From assembly GCA_964035545.1 (NCBI GenBank), contig OZ037766.1:12886722-12950721 (forward strand): 64,000 bases of DNA, written 5' to 3'. This DNA is from Bugula neritina (lineage: Eukaryota; Animalia; Bryozoa). The notes under the pieces are model-generated. The model saw nothing but the letters and a program-made list of their open reading frames with translations, searched no databases and was not told the origin of the DNA. Positions 51,301-64,000 of the stretch are shown one piece after another (positions within the stretch are counted from its first letter, which is position 1; each line of letters opens with the position of its first letter). Both the position numbers and the translations under genes were made by a program.

Positions 51301-54300
51301 TTTGTCTATGTGCTGATCATAACAGCTAATCTTATTTAGCTATTAAATATTAATTGATCATGTTGACAACACACTTTGTATTTCAAAACATGTTTTGGCT
51401 CTGTAATATGACTTGAATCAAGTTGATCACTTCGTAATTACCTTATTGAGATTCGGAAACCATTTAAAAACAAACACCTAGTCGTTTAAAATAATACGTT
51501 GAAGTTTATCATCTTAAAATACCCTGCATTTGTTTGTCCCCAATTATAAACAAAGCCATTTAAATTTACATTAATTCCACTATCATATTTCCACACTTAC
51601 TGGAACTCATTCACAGCACATCCGGTGTACTCATCTGCCAGGTCAGAAGCAGCATATGTCTGGTCAACTGCATCACAAAATTCAGCTGCTTCTCTCTTGA
51701 ATACTTGGGAGTTTGGATCACGTAGTTCAACTGAGAATGTTTTGTTTAATGTGGTTGAAGCATTGTATGCATCTAAAACAAAATATGCACCATTGTAGTT
51801 TTTATTTGCTTCTTATTATCAATTATCTTATTAGCCAAACTGTGTTTATCAGATAGTAGTAGAGGTAACAGGGGGGGGGGAGGGGGTCACAATAGGCCAA
51901 TTTTGCTATTATACTAGTTAAGCAATTCAGAGACGAGCAATGGCACAAATATCAATAAAAACTAGGCTTGTCACCTTTGAGTGCGAAGAGCTATAAAGCT
52001 TTAATGACATCTCAAAAATTTACAAAAGGTAGGTAAAGGCAGATTTTGATGTATGTTCCGCAGAAGCTGAAAATACAATGGCTGAATAATTATGTTTTTG
52101 CGTTTTTATTAAAGAAAAAAATCACAACTTCAAGTCGATAAGTTCTCACAATTTGACTGGCTCTTTGTACCCCTCTGACTATTGTGCCCCGGTTACCTCT
52201 ATTGTCACTAGCTCTGTGCTTTTGTTTTTTGACACATGATGTCATGAGCTTTTCTCAACTGTACCTTGTCCATAAGTTGGGTTACTCAAGAATTGATAAT
52301 TAGAGATATCTGGCTGATATTTAATTTGATTGAAGAAGTCTACTATAATACCACATTGTTGTTACTTACAGATTGCTTGCGAGGAACTTGTGTTCTGTGT
52401 TGGAGAGAGAGTCGTTGTTTCTATTGGTTCTTCTTCAGTTGTTAAATCAATACCTTGTGTTGATTTTATTTCTGTTGTCAATTGAGTAGTTGTTTCTATT
52501 GGTCCTTCTTCAGTTGTAGAAGCACCAGGTTCAATGGATTGTGTTTTGTCAGTTGTGGAATCTGAGCTAAATCTTGGAAGTTTAGTGGTTGTTTCCGCTG
52601 TTCCTTCTTCAGTTGTTAAATTACTGCCTTCCGTCGATTGTGTTTCGTTTGTTGTGGATTCTGAGCTAATTGTTGAGGTTTCAATGGTTGTTTCTACGGG
52701 TTCTTCAGTTGTTAAATCACCAGGTTCAGTCGATTGTATTTCGTCTGTTGTCATTTCAGTAGTTGTTTCTTCGGTTGTCAAATCACTGGCTTCTGTCGAT
52801 TGGAATTTATCTGTTGTTGACTCTGAGCTGAATGTTGGGGTTTCAGTGGTTGTTTCTATTGGTTCTTCTTCAGTGGTTACATCACTACTTTCTGTCGATT
52901 GTGTTTCGCCTGTTGTGGAATCTGAGCTGAATGTTGGAAGTTTAGGGGTTGTTTTTACGGGTTCTTTTTTGGTGGTAGAATCACTAACTTCTGTCGATTG
53001 GAGTTTATCCGTTGTTGACTCTGAGCTGAATGTTGGGGTTTCAGTGGTTATTTCTATTGGTTCTTCTTCAGTGGTTGCATCACTGCTTTCTTTCGATTGT
53101 GTTTCACTTGTTGTGGAATCTGAGCTGAATGTTGGAAATTCAGTAGTTGTTTCTACTGGTTCTTCTTTGGTTGTAGAGTCACTAACTTCTGTCGATTGGA
53201 ATTTATCTGTTGTTGACTCTGAGCTGAATGTTGGGGTTTCAGTGGTTGTTTCTATTAATTCTTCTTCAGTTGTCAAGTCTTTACTTTCTGCCGATGATGT
53301 TATATCTGTTGTCATTTCAGTAGTTGTTTCTACTGCTTTTTCAGTTGTAGAATCACTAGCTTCTGTGGATTGTAATTTATCTGTTGTTGACTCTGAGCTG
53401 AATGTTGGGGTTTCTGTGGTTGTTTCTACTGTTTCTTCTTCAGTTGTTAGATCTTTACCTTCTGCCGATGATGTTATATCTGTTGTCATTTCAGTAGTTG
53501 TTTCTAGTGCTTCTTCAGTTGTAGAATAACTAGGTTCTGTCGATTGTAATTTATCTGTTGTTGACTCTGAGTTGAATGTTGGGATTTCAGGGGTTGTTTC
53601 TATGGGTTCTTCTCTAGTTGTTAAATCACTACTTTCAGTCGATTGTGTTTTGTGTGTTGTGGAGTCAGGGCTGAATCTTGGAAGTTCAGTGGTTGTTTCT
53701 GCTGTTTCTTCTTTAGTTGATAAATCACTGCCTTCTGTCGATGATGTCAATTCAGCAGTTGTTACTACTTGTTCTTCAGTTGTTGAACCATCAGGTTCGG
53801 TCGATTGTGTTTCGTCTGTTGTTGAATTTGACCTGAATGTTGGAAATTCAGTTGTTGTTTCTACTGGTTCTTCTTTGGTTGTAGAATCACTAACATCTGT
53901 TGATTGGAATTTATCTGTTGTTGACTCTGAACTGAATGTTGGGGTTTCAGTGGTTGTTTCTACTGGTTCTTCAGTTGTTAAATCCCCAGGTTTAGTCGAT
54001 TGTGTTTCGTCTGTTGTCATTTCAGTAGTTGTTTCTTTGGATGTCAAATCACTGGCTTCTGTCGATTGGAATTTATTTGTTGTCGACTCTGAGCTGAATG
54101 TTGGGGTTTCAGTGGTTGTTTCTATTGGTTCTTCTGCAGTGGTTGCATCACTACTTTCTGTCGATTGTGTTTCCTCTGTTGTTGAATTTGACCTGAATGT
54201 TGGAAATTCAGTAGTTGTTTCTACTGGTTCTTCTTTGGTTGTAGAATCACTAACATCTGTTGATTGGAATTTATCTGTTGTTGACTCTGAGCTGAATGTT

Positions 54301-57300
54301 GGGGATTCAGTGGTTGTTTCTAGGGGTTCTTCTTCAGTTGTTATATCACTACCTTGAGTCGATCGTGTTTTGTCTGTTGTGGAATCTGAGCTGAATGTTG
54401 GAAATTCAGTGGTTGTTTCTACTGTTTCTTCTTCAGTTGTTAGATCACTACCTTCTGTCGATGATGTCATATCTGTTGTCAATTCAGGAGTTGTTTCTGC
54501 TTGTTCTTCTTCAGTGGTTAAATTACTACCTTTTGTTGGTGATGTTGTTTCTGTTGTCAATTCAGTAGTTGTTCCCACTGATTCTTCAGTTGTTACATCA
54601 TCAGGTTCGATCGATTGAGCTTTTTCTGTTGTCAACTCTGGGCTAAATGTTGTATGTTCAGTGGTTGGTACTACTGGTCCTTTTTCAGTTGTAGAATCAC
54701 TAGCTTCTGTTGATGATGCTATTTCTGTAGTTATTTTTACTGGTTGTTCTTCAGTTGTTAAACCACCAGGTTCAGTTGATTGTGTTCTATCTGTTGTTGG
54801 ATCTGAGCTGAATGTTGGAAGCTCAGTGGTTGTCTCAAATGGCCCTTCTTCAGTTGTGGAATCACTAGCTTCAGTCGATTGTGTTTTGTCAGTTGTGGAA
54901 TCTGAGCTGAATGTTGGAAGTTCAGTAGTTGTTTCTACTAGTTGTTTTTCTGTTGTCGAGTCACTGGCTTCAGTCGATTTTGTTTTGTTTGTTGGCAATT
55001 CTGTAGTTGTTTGTACTGGTTCTCCTTCAGTTGTTAAATTACTAATTTTAGTTCTCTCAGTTGTTGTTTCCACTTGTTCTTGAGTTGTTGTTTCACCACC
55101 TTCAGTCGTTTGTGTTTTGTTTGATGTCAGTTTTGTGCTCAACGTTTGAAGTTCCGTTGTTGTTTCTACTGGTTCTTCTTGAGTTGTTGAATTAAATGCT
55201 TCAGTCGATTGGGTTTTACTGATTGGCAACTTTGAGCTGACTTCTTCGGATTCAGTAGTTGTTTCTAATATTTGTTTTCCATCTGTTGTCAATTCGCTAA
55301 AAGCAGTTGTTGTGTTTTGTTCCTCAAAAGTCGTTTTGTTTTCATTTTCATCTGTTGACAGTGTGCTCGTGGTGGAAGTTGATGGCGCTAAGCTACTTAC
55401 TGTTGTACTGCTTTGTTGAGTGGTTGTTATTGAAGAAGTTGTTGTTTGTATGTTCAACGTAGTGTTTGCTGTCCTAGTCGTTGTTGCTGTTGATGTTTGA
55501 GTGGTTGTCACAGCTGGATTCACAACGTCTTCGTATAGTGATAATACGATCACAGGATCGGCAATCGCTGTAATAACAATGAATAGGAGTGCTCATCAAC
55601 TGGTCTCTTTGTAAAATTTCTATTTTTACTAGGAAGCTTCACTTTTGAATGTTTTCCATTTGATAAGGCATTGAACTAAATGCTTGTTTTAAATTAAAAA
55701 AGTGCCCTTTTGTATTATATGTAGCTTACAGATAGTTGTTTTTGAATTAAGTTCAACTGCAATAATTTATTTATTTTTCAATTTATTGAGTGAGCACTCA
55801 TTTAAGGAAAAATCACTTTTACTTTTGCAAGCAAAAGGTTACCTGTGATTATTATTGAAGTCGGAATTACTGCGGGTGAGTAGTTTGGTAGGTTTATTAT
55901 CACAGCTTGAACAGCCACTATGTTATCTGCTGGAGTAGCTCCTGGAACTGGAGTTGAAGTTGTTGCAAATACAACCACAAAAATAACTATCACTGACCCC
56001 TCCCTACAAATATCAGAATACATTTATTATTCATGTTGACTGGGATAGTAAGTTTATATATAAGTAAAACATAATACCATGAAGATTGAAGATAGTGTAA
56101 AAACAAAGCTTTCAATCATGTTTTCTAGTTGTACTCGGTTATTTGGAAGTCAACAGGTCCTTTTTAAGATTAATTACTAAAACAGCTGTTTATGGCTTCC
56201 AGTAGTTTACAAGTTAGGAGAATCTATGACTTTGTTCAACATCTAGTTGATTCGAGTTTGCTTGTAATGCAAAACTATGCTATCTATTCTCAATCCCGCT
56301 CCCTATAAAATATTGACCAATTTGGTATATCAGAAGTCACCCTTCCTGTTTATTGGAAGTAACTTCAAATAATCAGTTTACACACATTGTTCAATATGTT
56401 TTATATTATGTATGTGACTTGTAGCATATAGCGCTCTTTTGTTTGCTAATTTAGCTACCATTCATATATGAAGTTTTCCTGTCTTTTAGTTTCATCAAAA
56501 TGTTAGCGTCTTGTATCAATAGTAAATATATTTGGTTAAATTTGCAAGCTTTATAGACAAATAATATGTGCATTGATAAGTCAATCTTATTTGCTTTTGA
56601 TATGTTTATAAGTCGCAGAAATTGTATGCTCATTAAAAATTTGGCTACTGCCACATTTCAAAGTTAAAATAGGCTAAAACCTATATGTAATGGTAACTTG
56701 CAGGGTTTGTTTATACTAAAAACCATGCATCGTTTATTAAAATGGCATACTTTCTTTTATTGAAGAATAAAAACAATATAGAACTATACAAATTGAGTCG
56801 TGAATGTTGTGAACTGGAAAATAAACTTTGTCTATGTGCTGATCATAATAGCTAATCTTATTTAGCTATTAAATATTAATTGATCATGTTGACAACACAC
56901 TTTGTATTTCAATACATGTTTTGGCTCTGTAATATGACTTGAATCAAGTTGATCAATCAGCAATTACCTTATTGAGATTCGAAAACCATTTAAAAAAAAC
57001 ACCTAGTCGTTTAAAATAATACGTTGAAGTTTATCATCTTAAAATACCCTGCATTTGTTTTTCCCCAATTATAAACAAAGCCATTTAAATTTACATAATT
57101 CCACTATCATATTTCCATACTTACTGGAACTCATTCACAGCACATCCGGTGTACTCATCTGCCAGGTCAGAAGCAGCATATGTCTGGTCAACTGCATCAC
57201 AAAATTCAGCTGCTTCTCTCTTGAATACTTGGGAGTTTGGGTCACGTAGTTCAACTGAGAATGTTTTGTTTAATGTGGTTGAAGCATTGTATGCATCTAA

Positions 57301-60300
57301 AACAAAATATGCACCATTGTAGTTTTTATTTGCTCCCTGTTATCAGTTATCCTATTAGCTAAACTGTGTTTATCAGATAGTAGTAGAGGTAACGAGGGGG
57401 GGGGGACAATGGGCCGAATTTTGCTATTATACTAGTTAAGCAATTCAGAGACGAGCAATGGCACCAATATCAGTAAAAACTAGGCTTGTCACCTTTGAGT
57501 GTGAAGAGTTATAAAGCTTTAATGACATCTTAAAAATTTACAAAAGGTAAAAGCATATTTCGACTTGCCTCTTCAACATGTATGTTCCAAAGAAGCTAAA
57601 AATACAATGGCTGAATAATTATGTAATTGCGTTTTTTTTAAAGAAAAAAAATCACAACTCTAAGTCGATAAGTTCTCACAATTTGACTTGCTCTTTGTAC
57701 CCCTATGACTGTTGTGCCCCGGTTACCTCTATTGTCACTAGCTCTGTGCTTTTGTTTTTTGACACATGATGTCATGAGCTTTTCTCATCTGTACCTTGTA
57801 TCCATAAGTTGTGTTACTCAGATATTGATAATTAGAGATATCTGGCTGATATGTAATTTGATTGAAGAAGTCTACTATAATACCACATTGTTGTTACTTA
57901 CAGATTGCTTGCGAGGAACTTGTGTTCTGTGTTGGAGAGAGAGTCGTTGTTTCTATTGGTTCTTCTTCAGTTGTTAAATCAATACCTTGTGTTGATTTTA
58001 TTTCTGTTGTCAATTGAGTAGTTGTTTCTATTGGTCCTTCTTCAGTTGTAGAATCACCAGGTTCAACGGATGGTGTTTTGTCAGTTGTGGAATCTGAGCT
58101 AAATCTTGGAAGTTCAGTGGTTGTTTCCGCTGTTTCTTCTTCAGTTGTTAAATCACTGCCTTCCGTCGACTGTGTTTCGTCTGTTGTTGACTCTGAGCTA
58201 AATGTTAGGGTTTTAGTGGTTGTTTCTATGGGTTCTTCTTCAGTTGTTAAATCACTAACTTCTGTCGATTGAAATTTATCTGTTGTTGACTCTGAGCTGA
58301 CTTTTGGGGCTTCAGTGGTTGTTTCTATGGGTTCTTCTTCAGTTGTCAAATCACTACCTTGAGTCGATCGTGTTTTGTCTGTTGTGGAATCTGAGCTGAA
58401 TGTTGGAAATTCAGTAGTTGTTTCTACTGTTTCTTCTTCAGTTGTTAGATCACTACCTTCTGTCGATTGAAATTTATCTGTTGTTGACCCTGAGCTGAAT
58501 GTTGGGGTTTCAGTGGTTGTTTCTATGGGTTCTTCTTCAGTTGTTAAATCACTACCTTGAGTCGATCGTGTTTTGTCTGTTGTGGAATCTGAGCTGAATG
58601 TTGGAAATTCAGTAGTGGTTTCTACTGTTTCTTCTTCAGTTGTTAGATCACTACCTTCTGTCGATAATGTCATATCTGTTGTCAATTCAGGAGTTGTTTC
58701 TGCTTGTTCTTCTTCCGTGGTTAAAGCACTACTTTCTGTCGATTGTGTTTCACCTGTTGTGGAATCTGAGCTAGATGTTGGAAGTTTAGGGGTTGTTTCT
58801 ACTGGTCCTTCTTCAGTTGTAGAATCACTAGCTATTGTCGATTGGAATTTATCTGTTGTTGACTCTGAGCTGAATGTCGGGGTTTCAGTGGTTGTTTCTA
58901 TGGGTTCTCCTGCAGTCGTTACATCACTACTTTCTGTCGATTGTGTTTCACCTGTTGTGGAATCTGAGCTGAATGTTGGAAGTTCAGTGGTTGTTTTTAC
59001 TGGTTCTTCTTCGGTTGTAGAATCACTAACTTCTGTCGATTGAAATTTTTCTGTTGTTGACTCTGAGCTGAATTTTGGGGCTTCAGTGGTTGTTTCTATG
59101 GGTTCTTCTTCAGTTGTTAAATCACTACCTTGAGTCGATCGTGTTTTGTCTGTTGTGGAATCTGAGCTAAATGTTGGAAATTCAGTAGTGGTTTCTACTG
59201 TTTCTTTTTCAGTTGTTAGATCACTACCTTCTGTCGATAATGTCATATCTGTTGTCAATTCAGGAGTTGTTTCTGCTTGTTCTTCTTCAGTTGTTAAATC
59301 ACTACTTTCAATCGATTGTGTTTCGCCTGTTGTGGAATCTGAGCTGAATGTTGGAAGTTCAATGGTTGTGTTTACTGGTTCTTCTTCGGTTGTAGAATCA
59401 CTAACTTCTGTCGATTGAAATTTATCTGTTGTTGACTCTGAGCTGACTTTTGGGGCTTCAGTGGTTGTTTCTATGGGTTCTTCTTCAGTTGTTAAATCAC
59501 TACCTTGAGTCGATCGTGTTTTGTCTGTTGTGGAATCTGAGCTGAATGTTGGAAATTCAGTAGTGGTTTCTACTGTTTCTTCTTCAGTGGTTAGATCACT
59601 ACCTTCTGTCGATAATGTCATATCTGTTGTCAATTCAGGAGTTGTTTCTGCTTGTTCTTCTTCCGTGGTTAAAGCACTACTTTCTGTCGATTGTGTTTCA
59701 CCTGTTGTGGAATCTGAGCTGAATGTTGGAAGTTCAGTGGTTGCTTTTACTGGTTCTTCTTCGGTTGTAGAATCACTAACTTCTGTCGATTGAAATTTTT
59801 CTGTTGTTGACTCTGAGCTGAATTTTGGGGCTTCAGTGGTTGTTTCTGCTTGTTCTTCTTCAGTTGTTAAATCACTACTTTCTGTCGATTGTGTTTCACC
59901 TGTTGTGGAATCTGAGCTGAATGTTGGAAGTTCAGTGGTTGTTTTTACTGGTTCTTCTTCGGTTGTAGAATCACTAACTTCTGTCGATTGAAATTTTTCT
60001 GTTGTTGACTCTGAGCTGAATTTTGGGGCTTCAGTGGTTGTTTCTATGGGTTCTTCTTCAGTTGTTAAATCACTACCTTGAGTCGATCGTGTTTTGTCTG
60101 TTGTGGAATCTGAGCTAAATGTTGGAAATTCAGTAGTGGTTTCTACTGTTTCTTTTTCAGTTGTTAGATCACTACCTTCTGTCGATAATGTCATATCTGT
60201 TGTCAATTCAGGAGTTGTTTCTGCTTGTTCTTCTTCAGTTGTTAAATCACTACTTTCTGTCGATTGTGTTTCGCCTGTTGTGGAATCTGAGCTGAATGTT

Positions 60301-63300
60301 GGAAGTTCAGTGGTTGTTTTTACTGGTTCTTCTTCGGTTGTAGAATCACTAACTTCTGTCGATTGAAATTTATCTGTTGTTGACTCTGAGCTGACTTTTG
60401 GGGCTTCAGTGGTTGTTTCTATGGGTTCTTCTTCAGTTGTTAAATCACTACCTTGAGTCGATCGTGTTTTGTCTGTTGTGGAATCTGAGCTGAATGTTGG
60501 AAATTCAGTAGTTGTTTCTACTGTTTCTTCTTCAGTTGTTAGATCACTACCTTCTGTCGATAATGTCATATCTGTTGTCAATTCAGGAGTTGTTTCTGCT
60601 TGTTCTTCTTCAGTGGTTAAAGCACTACTTTCTGCCGATTGTGTTTCACCTGTTGTGGAATTTGAGCTGAATGTTGGAAGTTCAGTGGTTGTTTTTACTG
60701 GTTCTTCTTTGGTTGTAGAATCACTAACTTCTGTCGATTGAAATTTATCTGTTGTTGATTCTGAGCTGAATTTTGGGGCTTCAGTGGTTGTTTCTATGGG
60801 TTCTTCTTCAGTTGTTAAATCACTACTTTCTGTCGATTGTGTTTCGCCTGTTGTGGAATCTGAGCTAGATGTTGGAAGTTTAGGGGTTGTTTCTACTGGT
60901 CCTTCTTCAGTTGTAGAATCACTAGCTATTGTCGATTGGAATTTATCTGTTGTTGACTCTGAGCTGAATGTCGGGGTTTCAGTGGTTGTTTCTATGGGTT
61001 CTCCTGCAGTCGTTACATCACTACTTTCTGTCGATTGTGTTTCACCTGTTGTGGAATCTGAGCTGAATGTTGGAAATTCAGTAGTTGTTTCTACTGTTTC
61101 TTCTTCAGTTGTTAGATCACTACCTTCTGTCGATAATGTTATATCTGTTGTCAATTCAGGAGTTGTTTCTGCTTGTTCTTCTTCAGTGGTTAAAGCACTC
61201 TCTTCTGTCGATGATGTTATTTCTGTTGTCAATTCAGTAGTTGTTTTCACTGATTCTTCAGTTGTTACATCATCAGGCTCGGTCGATTGTGGTTTTTCTG
61301 TTGTCAACTCTGGGCTAAATGTTGTAGGTTCAGTGGTTGGTACTACTGGTCTTTTTTTAGTAGTAGAATCACTAGCTTCTGTCGATGATGCTATTTCTGT
61401 TGTCAATTCAATAGTTGTTTCTACTGGTTCTTCTTCAGTCGTTACATCACTACTTTCTGTCGATTGTGTTTCACCTGTTGTGGAATCTGAGCTGAATGTT
61501 GGAAGTTCAGTGGTTGTTTTTACTGGTTCTTCTTCGGTTGTAGAATCACTAACTTCTGTCGATTGAAATTTATCTGTTGTTGATTCTGAGCTGAATTTTG
61601 GGGCTTCAGTGGTTGTTTCTATGGGTTCTTCTTCAGTTGTTAAATCACTACTTTCTGTCGATTGTGTTTCGCCTGTTGTGGAATCTGAGCTAGATGTTGG
61701 AAGTTTAGGGGTTGTTTCTACTGGTCCTTCTTCAGTTGTAGAATCACTAGCTATTGTCGATTGGAATTTATCTGTTGTTGACTTTGAGCTGAATGTCGGG
61801 GTTTCAGTGGTTGTTTCTATGGGTTCTCCTGCAGTCGTTACATCACTACTTTCTGTCGATTGTGTTTCACCTGTTGTGGAATCTGAGCTGAATGTTGGAA
61901 GTTCAGTGGTTGTTTTTACTGGTTCTTCTTCGGTTGTAGAATCACTAACTTCTGTCGATTGAAATTTTTCTGTTGTTGACTCTGAGCTGAATTTTGGGGC
62001 TTCAGTGGTTGTTTCTATGGGTTCTTCTTCAGTTGTTAAATCACTACCTTGAGTCGATCGTGTTTTGTCTGTTGTGGAATCTGAGCTAAATGTTGGAAAT
62101 TCAGTAGTGGTTTCTACTGTTTCTTTTTCAGTTGTTAGATCACTACCTTCTGTCGATAATGTCATATCTGTTGTCAATTCAGGAGTTGTTTCTGCTTGTT
62201 CTTCTTCAGTGGTTAAAGCACTACTTTCTGCCGATTGTGTTTCACCTGTTGTGGAATCTGAGCTGATTGTTGGAAGTTCAGTGGTTGTTTTTACTGGTTC
62301 TTCTTCGGTTGTAGAATCACTAACTTCTGTCGATTTAAATTTATCTGTTGTTGATTCTGAGCTGAATTTTGGGGCTTCAGTGGTTGTTTCTATGGGTTCT
62401 TCTTCAGTTGTTAAATCACTACTTTCTGTCGATTGTGTTTCGCCTGTTGTGGAATCTGAGCTAGATGTTGGAAGTTTAGGGGTTGTTTCTACTGGTCCTT
62501 CTTCAGTTGTAGAATCACTAGCTATTGTCGATTGGAATTTATCTGTTGTTGACTCTGAGCTGAATGTCGGGGTTTCAGTGGTTGTTTCTATGGGTTCTCC
62601 TGCAGTCGTTACATCACTACTTTCTGTCGATTGTGTTTCACCTGTTGTGGAATCTGAGCTGAATGTTGGAAATTCAGTAGTTGTTTCTACTGTTTCTTCT
62701 TCAGTGGTTAGATCACTACCTTCTGTCGATAATGTCATATCTGTTGTCAATTCAGGAGTTGTTTCTGCTTGTTCTTCTTCCGTGGTTAAAGCACTACTTT
62801 CTGTCGATTGTGTTTCACCTGTTGTGGGATCTGAGCTGAATGTTGGAAGTTCAGTGGTTGCTTTTACTGGTTCTTCTTCGGTTGTAGAATCACTAACTTC
62901 TGTCGATTGAAATTTTTCTGTTGTTGACTCTGAGCTGAATTTTGGGGCTTCAGTGGTTGTTTCTGCTTGTTCTTCTTCAGTTGTTAAATCACTACTTTCT
63001 GTCGATTGTGTTTCACCTGTTGTGGAATCTGAGCTGAATGTTGGAAGTTCAGTGGTTGTTTTTACTGGTTCTTCTTCGGTTGTAGAATCACTAACTTCTG
63101 TCGATTGAAATTTTTCTGTTGTTGACTCTGAGCTGAATTTTGGGGCTTCAGTGGTTGTTTCTATGGGTTCTTCTTCAGTTGTTAAATCACTACCTTGAGT
63201 CGATCGTGTTTTGTCTGTTGTGGAATCTGAGCTAAATGTTGGAAATTCAGTAGTGGTTTCTACTGTTTCTTTTTCAGTTGTTAGATCACTACCTTCTGTC

Positions 63301-64000
63301 GATAATGTCATATCTGTTGTCAATTCAGGAGTTGTTTCTGCTTGTTCTTCTTCAGTTGTTAAATCACTACTTTCTGTCGATTGTGTTTCGCCTGTTGTGG
63401 AATCTGAGCTGAATGTTGGAAGTTCAGTGGTTGTTTTTACTGGTTCTTCTTCGGTTGTAGAATCACTAACTTCTGTCGATTGAAATTTATCTGTTGTTGA
63501 CTCTGAGCTGACTTTTGGGGCTTCAGTGGTTGTTTCTATGGGTTCTTCTTCAGTTGTTAAATCACTACCTTGAGTCGATCGTGTTTTGTCTGTTGTGGAA
63601 TCTGAGCTGAATGTTGGAAATTCAGTAGTTGTTTCTACTGTTTCTTCTTCAGTTGTTAGATCACTACCTTCTGTCGATAATGTCATATCTGTTGTCAATT
63701 CAGGAGTTGTTTCTGCTTGTTCTTCTTCAGTGGTTAAAGCACTACTTTCTGCCGATTGTGTTTCACCTGTTGTGGAATTTGAGCTGAATGTTGGAAGTTC
63801 AGTGGTTGTTTTTACTGGTTCTTCTTTGGTTGTAGAATCACTAACTTCTGTCGATTGAAATTTATCTGTTGTTGATTCTGAGCTGAATTTTGGGGCTTCA
63901 GTGGTTGTTTCTATGGGTTCTTCTTCAGTTGTTAAATCACTACTTTCTGTCGATTGTGTTTCGCCTGTTGTGGAATCTGAGCTAGATGTTGGAAGTTTAG
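42343..64000 (-). CDS. 3' part of a giant multi-SEA-domain mucin-like glycoprotein (PTS4-SEA-PTS3-SEA-PTS2-SEA-PTS1-stop); the 5' end lies outside the window
   Basis: Exons on the minus strand: >64000-57902, 57296-57125, 56003-55843, 55567-52370, 51772-51601, 50479-50319, 50084-47301, 46704-46533, 45426-45266, 45038-42343 (stop). All are GT-AG with phases 1-2-1 per module, so the four long T/E/S ORFs join into a single frame. Confidence 0.88.
45266..46704 (-). other. SEA domain copy (two exons), GSVIV motif
   Basis: Exons of 172 and 161 nt, near-identical to the other two copies. Confidence 0.85.
50319..51772 (-). other. SEA domain copy (two exons), GSVIV motif
   Basis: Exons of 172 and 161 nt, near-identical to the other two copies. 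Confidence 0.85.
55843..57296 (-). other. SEA domain copy (two exons) with autoproteolysis-type motif FQEG/SVIV
   Basis: Spliced translation: YAYNASTTLNKTFSVELRDPNSQVFKREAAEFCDAVDQTYAASDLADEYTGCAVNEFQEGSVIVIFVVVF. It has the SEA-like F-x-x-x-L-x-D-x-x-S-x-x-F pattern and a GSVxV motif. Confidence 0.85.
57902..64000 (-). repeat. Coding VNTR of 99-nt and 78-nt units with higher-order periods of 375, 573 and 3117 nt
   Basis: The same motif recurs at 58573, 59146, 59521, 60094, 60469, 63211 and 63586. 375 = 3x99+78 and 573 = 5x99+78. Sequence at 59761 and 60481 recurs at 62878 and 63598 (+3117). Confidence 0.9.

Larger units (their letters stand above)
45039..57901 (-). repeat. Three copies of a ~2.3 kb intron-SEA-intron cassette (45039-47300, 50085-52369, 55568-57901)
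   Basis: The introns align along nearly their whole length between copies, including a poly-G tract at about 46800, 51870 and 57396. Confidence 0.92.

Noticed and set aside
42425-63858. Long Val/Ser-rich plus-strand ORFs (up to 598 aa)
   Set aside because: They are antisense shadows of the Thr/Glu/Ser repeat codons. Their ends track repeat variants, and the splice signals support only the minus strand.
42343-64000. Four separate tandem mucin genes
   Set aside because: The ORF starts are not ATG or are internal. Where the boundary is inside the window, each long ORF is bounded by splice sites whose phases join it to the SEA exons.

Overview
This is AT-rich, intron-rich animal (invertebrate-looking) genomic DNA; the species cannot be determined from the sequence. 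All exon models were built by hand from GT-AG sites, exon phase and protein motifs, so they are predictions. From left to right: (1) a foldback inverted-repeat element around an (AT)n tract, interrupted by a small insertion carrying a hammerhead-ribozyme core; (2) two decayed Twinkle exons that still have splice sites; (3) a tandem cluster of divergent AGO-clade Argonautes on the + strand: AGO-A1 (16 exons, 832 aa), a 3-exon N-domain fragment B', AGO-A2 (830 aa) and AGO-B (7-nt frameshift in exon 15); (4) an intact 13-exon mitochondrial Twinkle helicase gene; (5) on the - strand, the 3' part of one giant mucin made of [acidic Thr/Glu/Ser exon + SEA domain] modules. The most notable points are these. 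All three full-length Argonautes have lost the slicer tetrad, by different substitutions in A and B. The ~9.9 kb duplication places the B' N-domain exons in frame with AGO-A2, so a chimeric or double-N-domain Argonaute could be spliced. There are signs of gene conversion across the cluster.
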